Position numbers and translations under genes: made by a program. From an uncultured Sphingobacterium sp. (GTDB taxonomy: Bacteria; Bacteroidota; Bacteroidia; Sphingobacteriales; Sphingobacteriaceae): DNA of 64,000 nt. The stretch is taken from positions 1,091 to 65,090 of the forward strand of contig CAYHGN010000001.1 of NCBI GenBank assembly GCA_964356005.1. Direction: 5' to 3'. Below are positions 61,397-64,000 of the stretch, piece after piece. Below the pieces are notes generated by a model that saw nothing but the letters and a program-made list of their open reading frames with translations, searched no databases and was not told the origin of the DNA. The number at the start of each line of letters is the position of its first letter. Within the stretch, counting starts at the first letter, position 1.

Positions 61397-63496
61397 TTAT
61401 AGTGATTTAGTTTTTAAGCGGATTGAGTTACCAATTACAATAACATCAGAAAATGCCATTGTTAAGGCTCCAACCATTGGGTTAAGAAAACCAAAGGCTG
61501 CTATTGGTATTGCTACAATATTGTAGAAAAACGCCCAGAAGAGGTTTTGTTTAATCGTTAACAGTGTATGCTTCCCGATTCGTAACATATGATCTATAAT
61601 TCCAAGTTCATTCTTTAAAAGCACTACTTCAGCAGATTGGATTGCAATCTGACTTGCATTACTCATTGAAATTCCTACATCTGAAGTAGTTAAAGCGGGA
61701 GCATCATTTATTCCATCACCTACCATTGCCGTTTTACCTCTTTTTTTTATTAACTCAATGATCTCAAGCTTTTGATATGGCTGTGTTTCGGCATATACTT
61801 CCTCTATTCCCAGGATGGCAGCCAAATCATCACATTTCTTTTTCAGATCACCACTCAGTAAAACCGGTTTAATTCCCATATTTTTTAGAGTATTAATCAG
61901 TTTTGATGCATCGGGTTTAATATCATCTTCAATCGCAATCCGGGCTATGAGGCTTCCATTCATATTAAGAAAAAGGCTATAATCTCCCTGCTCTTCTTTG
62001 GGATTTAAAATTTGCCTGGATCCAAATTGATAGGTGTTACCATCAGAATCAGTTCCGTTCATTCCCAGACCTTTTTCCTCAGATACTTTTGTGAATATTA
62101 TTTTTTCAGTGAAACCTGTACTAAGCTCCTCGACCAGAGAACGTGCAATTGGATGATTTGAATAGGCTTCTATACCATAAATGATTGATTCCACTTTCTG
62201 CTGTGAAATCTCCCTGCAATCGATTTTTTTGATTTTGAATTTTCCGGTTGTAAGTGTTCCGGTTTTATCGAAGACCATATATTTTAACTTCGCTATCTCC
62301 TCAAGGGTATTTCCTCCTTTGATCAGTATCCCATTTTTTGCAGCCCTGCCCAAACCAACCATAACCGCAGTAGGTGTAGCTAAGCCCATAGCGCAGGGGC
62401 AGGAAATGACTAAAACAGCTATTGCATTAAGCATAGCTTTTTGAAAGCTAAGGTCGAAGGAATAATAAGCCAGAACGAAGGTGAGTACAGCAATACCAAT
62501 AACTACCGGCACAAATATCGCAGCCACCTGATCTCCAAGCTTTTGAATCGGAGGCTTTGCCGATTGTGCTCTTTTCATCAGATCAATAATCTGGGATAAA
62601 ATAGTGTTTTTTCCTGTTTTGGTTACGAGAATATGAATGCTACCCTTTTCGATGAGTGTGCCGCCAATTACCTGATCATATTTCGACTTCTCTACCGGCA
62701 GACTTTCTCCTGTTAGCATGGATTCATTAACAGAGGCTTCTCCCCAGATAATTTCGCCATCAACAGGAATTTTATCACCTGAATTGATGACTAAGGTATC
62801 CCCTGGAACTACTTCTTGTGAGTTTATTGATGTTATTTCACCGTTCAATAGTTTATTTGCCTTTGCTTCCTGAAATTTCATCAGTTCTTTTACTGCAGAG
62901 GTGGTTTGTGAAACTGACCTCTTTTCGAGGACATTTCCTAAAAGCACCAATGAGATAATTGTAGCGGCAGTTTCATAGAAAAGAAAATCCGGACCTAAAT
63001 TCTGAATGGTTCCGTACAAACTGTATACAAATGCAGCGCTAGATCCTATGAAGATAAGAACATCCATATTTGGAATCCCATTTTTTAATGAGTTGAAAGC
63101 ACTTTTTCCGAAATGAATACATCCTAAAATATAAACCGGAATACATAAGCCCAACTGAACCATAGGATTGTGCAGCCAATGGAAAGGCAGGAACATGTGC
63201 GAAAAAAGTGGGATTGTAAAAATAAGACTGAAGTAAAATTTGTTCTCTAATTTTTCGTAATATTTTTCCTGAATAGGAATACTTTCCTCACTTACCTTAT
63301 AACCCAGTCCTTCGATATCCTTGATGATTTGGGGTGTTTTTGAGGGATTATTTGTTTTAAATTTAACTTCATCATTCGCAAAATCTACGTAGACATCCTG
63401 CAAGCCTTTTTTTTCCAATAATTTATGGACTGATAGCGCACAATTATTGCAATGCATTCCGCTTACCTGAAGTTCAATCAATTCTTCTTTTTCCAT
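61397..63496 (-). CDS. Heavy-metal translocating P1B-type ATPase (CopA-like)
   Basis: HMA GMHCNNC, TGES, CPC, DKTGT, HP, GDGINDAP, YN; TAAATTTG box at 63529-63522. Confidence 0.93.
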   Translation of the reverse strand: MEKEELIELQVSGMHCNNCALSVHKLLEKKGLQDVYVDFANDEVKFKTNNPSKTPQIIKDIEGLGYKVSEESIPIQEKYYEKLENKFYFSLIFTIPLFSHMFLPFHWLHNPMVQLGLCIPVYILGCIHFGKSAFNSLKNGIPNMDVLIFIGSSAAFVYSLYGTIQNLGPDFLFYETAATIISLVLLGNVLEKRSVSQTTSAVKELMKFQEAKANKLLNGEITSINSQEVVPGDTLVINSGDKIPVDGEIIWGEASVNESMLTGESLPVEKSKYDQVIGGTLIEKGSIHILVTKTGKNTILSQIIDLMKRAQSAKPPIQKLGDQVAAIFVPVVIGIAVLTFVLAYYSFDLSFQKAMLNAIAVLVISCPCAMGLATPTAVMVGLGRAAKNGILIKGGNTLEEIAKLKYMVFDKTGTLTTGKFKIKKIDCREISQQKVESIIYGIEAYSNHPIARSLVEELSTGFTEKIIFTKVSEEKGLGMNGTDSDGNTYQFGSRQILNPKEEQGDYSLFLNMNGSLIARIAIEDDIKPDASKLINTLKNMGIKPVLLSGDLKKKCDDLAAILGIEEVYAETQPYQKLEIIELIKKRGKTAMVGDGINDAPALTTSDVGISMSNASQIAIQSAEVVLLKNELGIIDHMLRIGKHTLLTIKQNLFWAFFYNIVAIPIAAFGFLNPMVGALTMAFSDVIVIGNSIRLKTKSL

Positions 63497-63700
63497 GGCA
63501 TAATATATAAGAGATTTTTGCCAAATTTAAAACTTATGATGGCTAAAATAATAGAGACAAAATATAATGTTCTAATTATGACAAGGTTTTTAGAATCATA
63601 GAAGGAGTTAAATGAGCTTAAAGCTATTCTGGAACGGCATCATGCTGATTATCAGCATCGAAATTTAATATAAAAAATTTGCAATATCTGTCGAAATGCT

Positions 63701-63708
63701 TAGTTTTG
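63701..63708 (+). promoter_or_regulatory. -7 promoter box for tRNA-His
   Basis: TAGTTTTG, with TTTG (-33-like) at 63678-63681. Confidence 0.65.
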
Positions 63709-63720
63709 CAGAAATAAAAC

Positions 63721-63795
63721 GGTGGCTGTAGCTCAGCTGGTTAGAGTATTGGTTTGTGGTGCCGAGGGTCGTGGGTTCGAGCCCCATCAGCCACC
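63721..63795 (+). tRNA. tRNA-His (GTG)
   Basis: Encoded G-1, acceptor GTGGCTG/CAGCCAC, anticodon loop TTGTGGT, T-arm GTGGG-TTCGAGC-CCCAT, discriminator C; CCA not encoded. Confidence 0.96.
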
Positions 63796-63799
63796 CTTG

Positions 63800-63841
63800 A
63801 CGGGGCAAAAGCTTTTCAAAAGGGTTTTGCCCCGTTTTTTT
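63800..63841 (+). terminator. Intrinsic terminator after tRNA-His
   Basis: acggggcaaaa ... ttttgccccgt followed by a T-tract. Confidence 0.85.
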
Positions 63842-63844
63842 GAA

Positions 63845-64000
63845 TCTAATCTCCACAACTTTTGAACCTGATCCATTAAGTCCCTTTGATGCGCTTGCGC
63901 ATAATGTTCGGGTGCATTTAGAGCAATCTATGAATCCCTTCAGAGAAAGCTGGTCGTTTGCTATAATTTTTGTCATTAAAGCCCTTTTCTTACCATCTAA
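63845..64000 (-). pseudogene. Fragment of a large serine recombinase (start of zinc-ribbon domain), open to the window edge
   Basis: LDGKKRALMTKIIANDQLSLKGFIDCSKCTRTLCASASKG resembles the L.G...C..C...L..S.SKG motif; the expected downstream Tyr/Cys pair is missing. Confidence 0.6.

Noticed and set aside
927-62444. Many short ORFs antisense to or nested in long genes (e.g. 1981-2502, 13318-13809, 35525-35929, 44017-44421)
   Set aside because: They are shadows of well-supported genes and have no recognisable motifs.
63536-63672. Possible gene remnant between the ATPase and tRNA-His (NELKAILERHHADYQHRNLI)
   Set aside because: Frames are broken by stops and I recognise no family; too short to support.
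63665-63844. C-terminal part of the 103-aa minus-strand ORF
   Set aside because: It runs antisense through tRNA-His and its terminator; only the upstream part looks protein-like.

Overview
AT-rich bacterial chromosomal segment, most likely Bacteroidota of the Sphingobacteriaceae type (TAnnTTTG promoter boxes, type III glutamine synthetase, S46 peptidase, signal peptides cleaved before Gln). It is mostly housekeeping: htpG, prfC, gltA, etfAB, dnaB, rlmB, kdsD/recQ/kdsA, queE, folD, lepA, split pntAB, rnpB, smc, lpdA, purM, GSIII, fbp, rnhA, a P1B ATPase and tRNA-His. Accessory parts are a PIN/DUF6364 toxin-antitoxin pair, a three-gene cluster of exported sugar-acid enzymes, and a serine recombinase fragment at the right edge beside tRNA-His. 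The unexplained signal is mainly non-coding: (i) six intergenic loci of 7-nt tandem repeats, each with its own unit, mostly arranged as inverted arms and sharing an AG register; (ii) a 33-bp REP-like palindrome family; (iii) a leader ORF in frame with the RF3 gene and separated from it by one UAA; (iv) DnaA-box-like motifs upstream of dnaB; (v) a long hairpin element after gltA; (vi) sigma54-like motifs between htpG and the L,D-transpeptidase gene. All assignments come from reading motifs by eye; no database searches were run.
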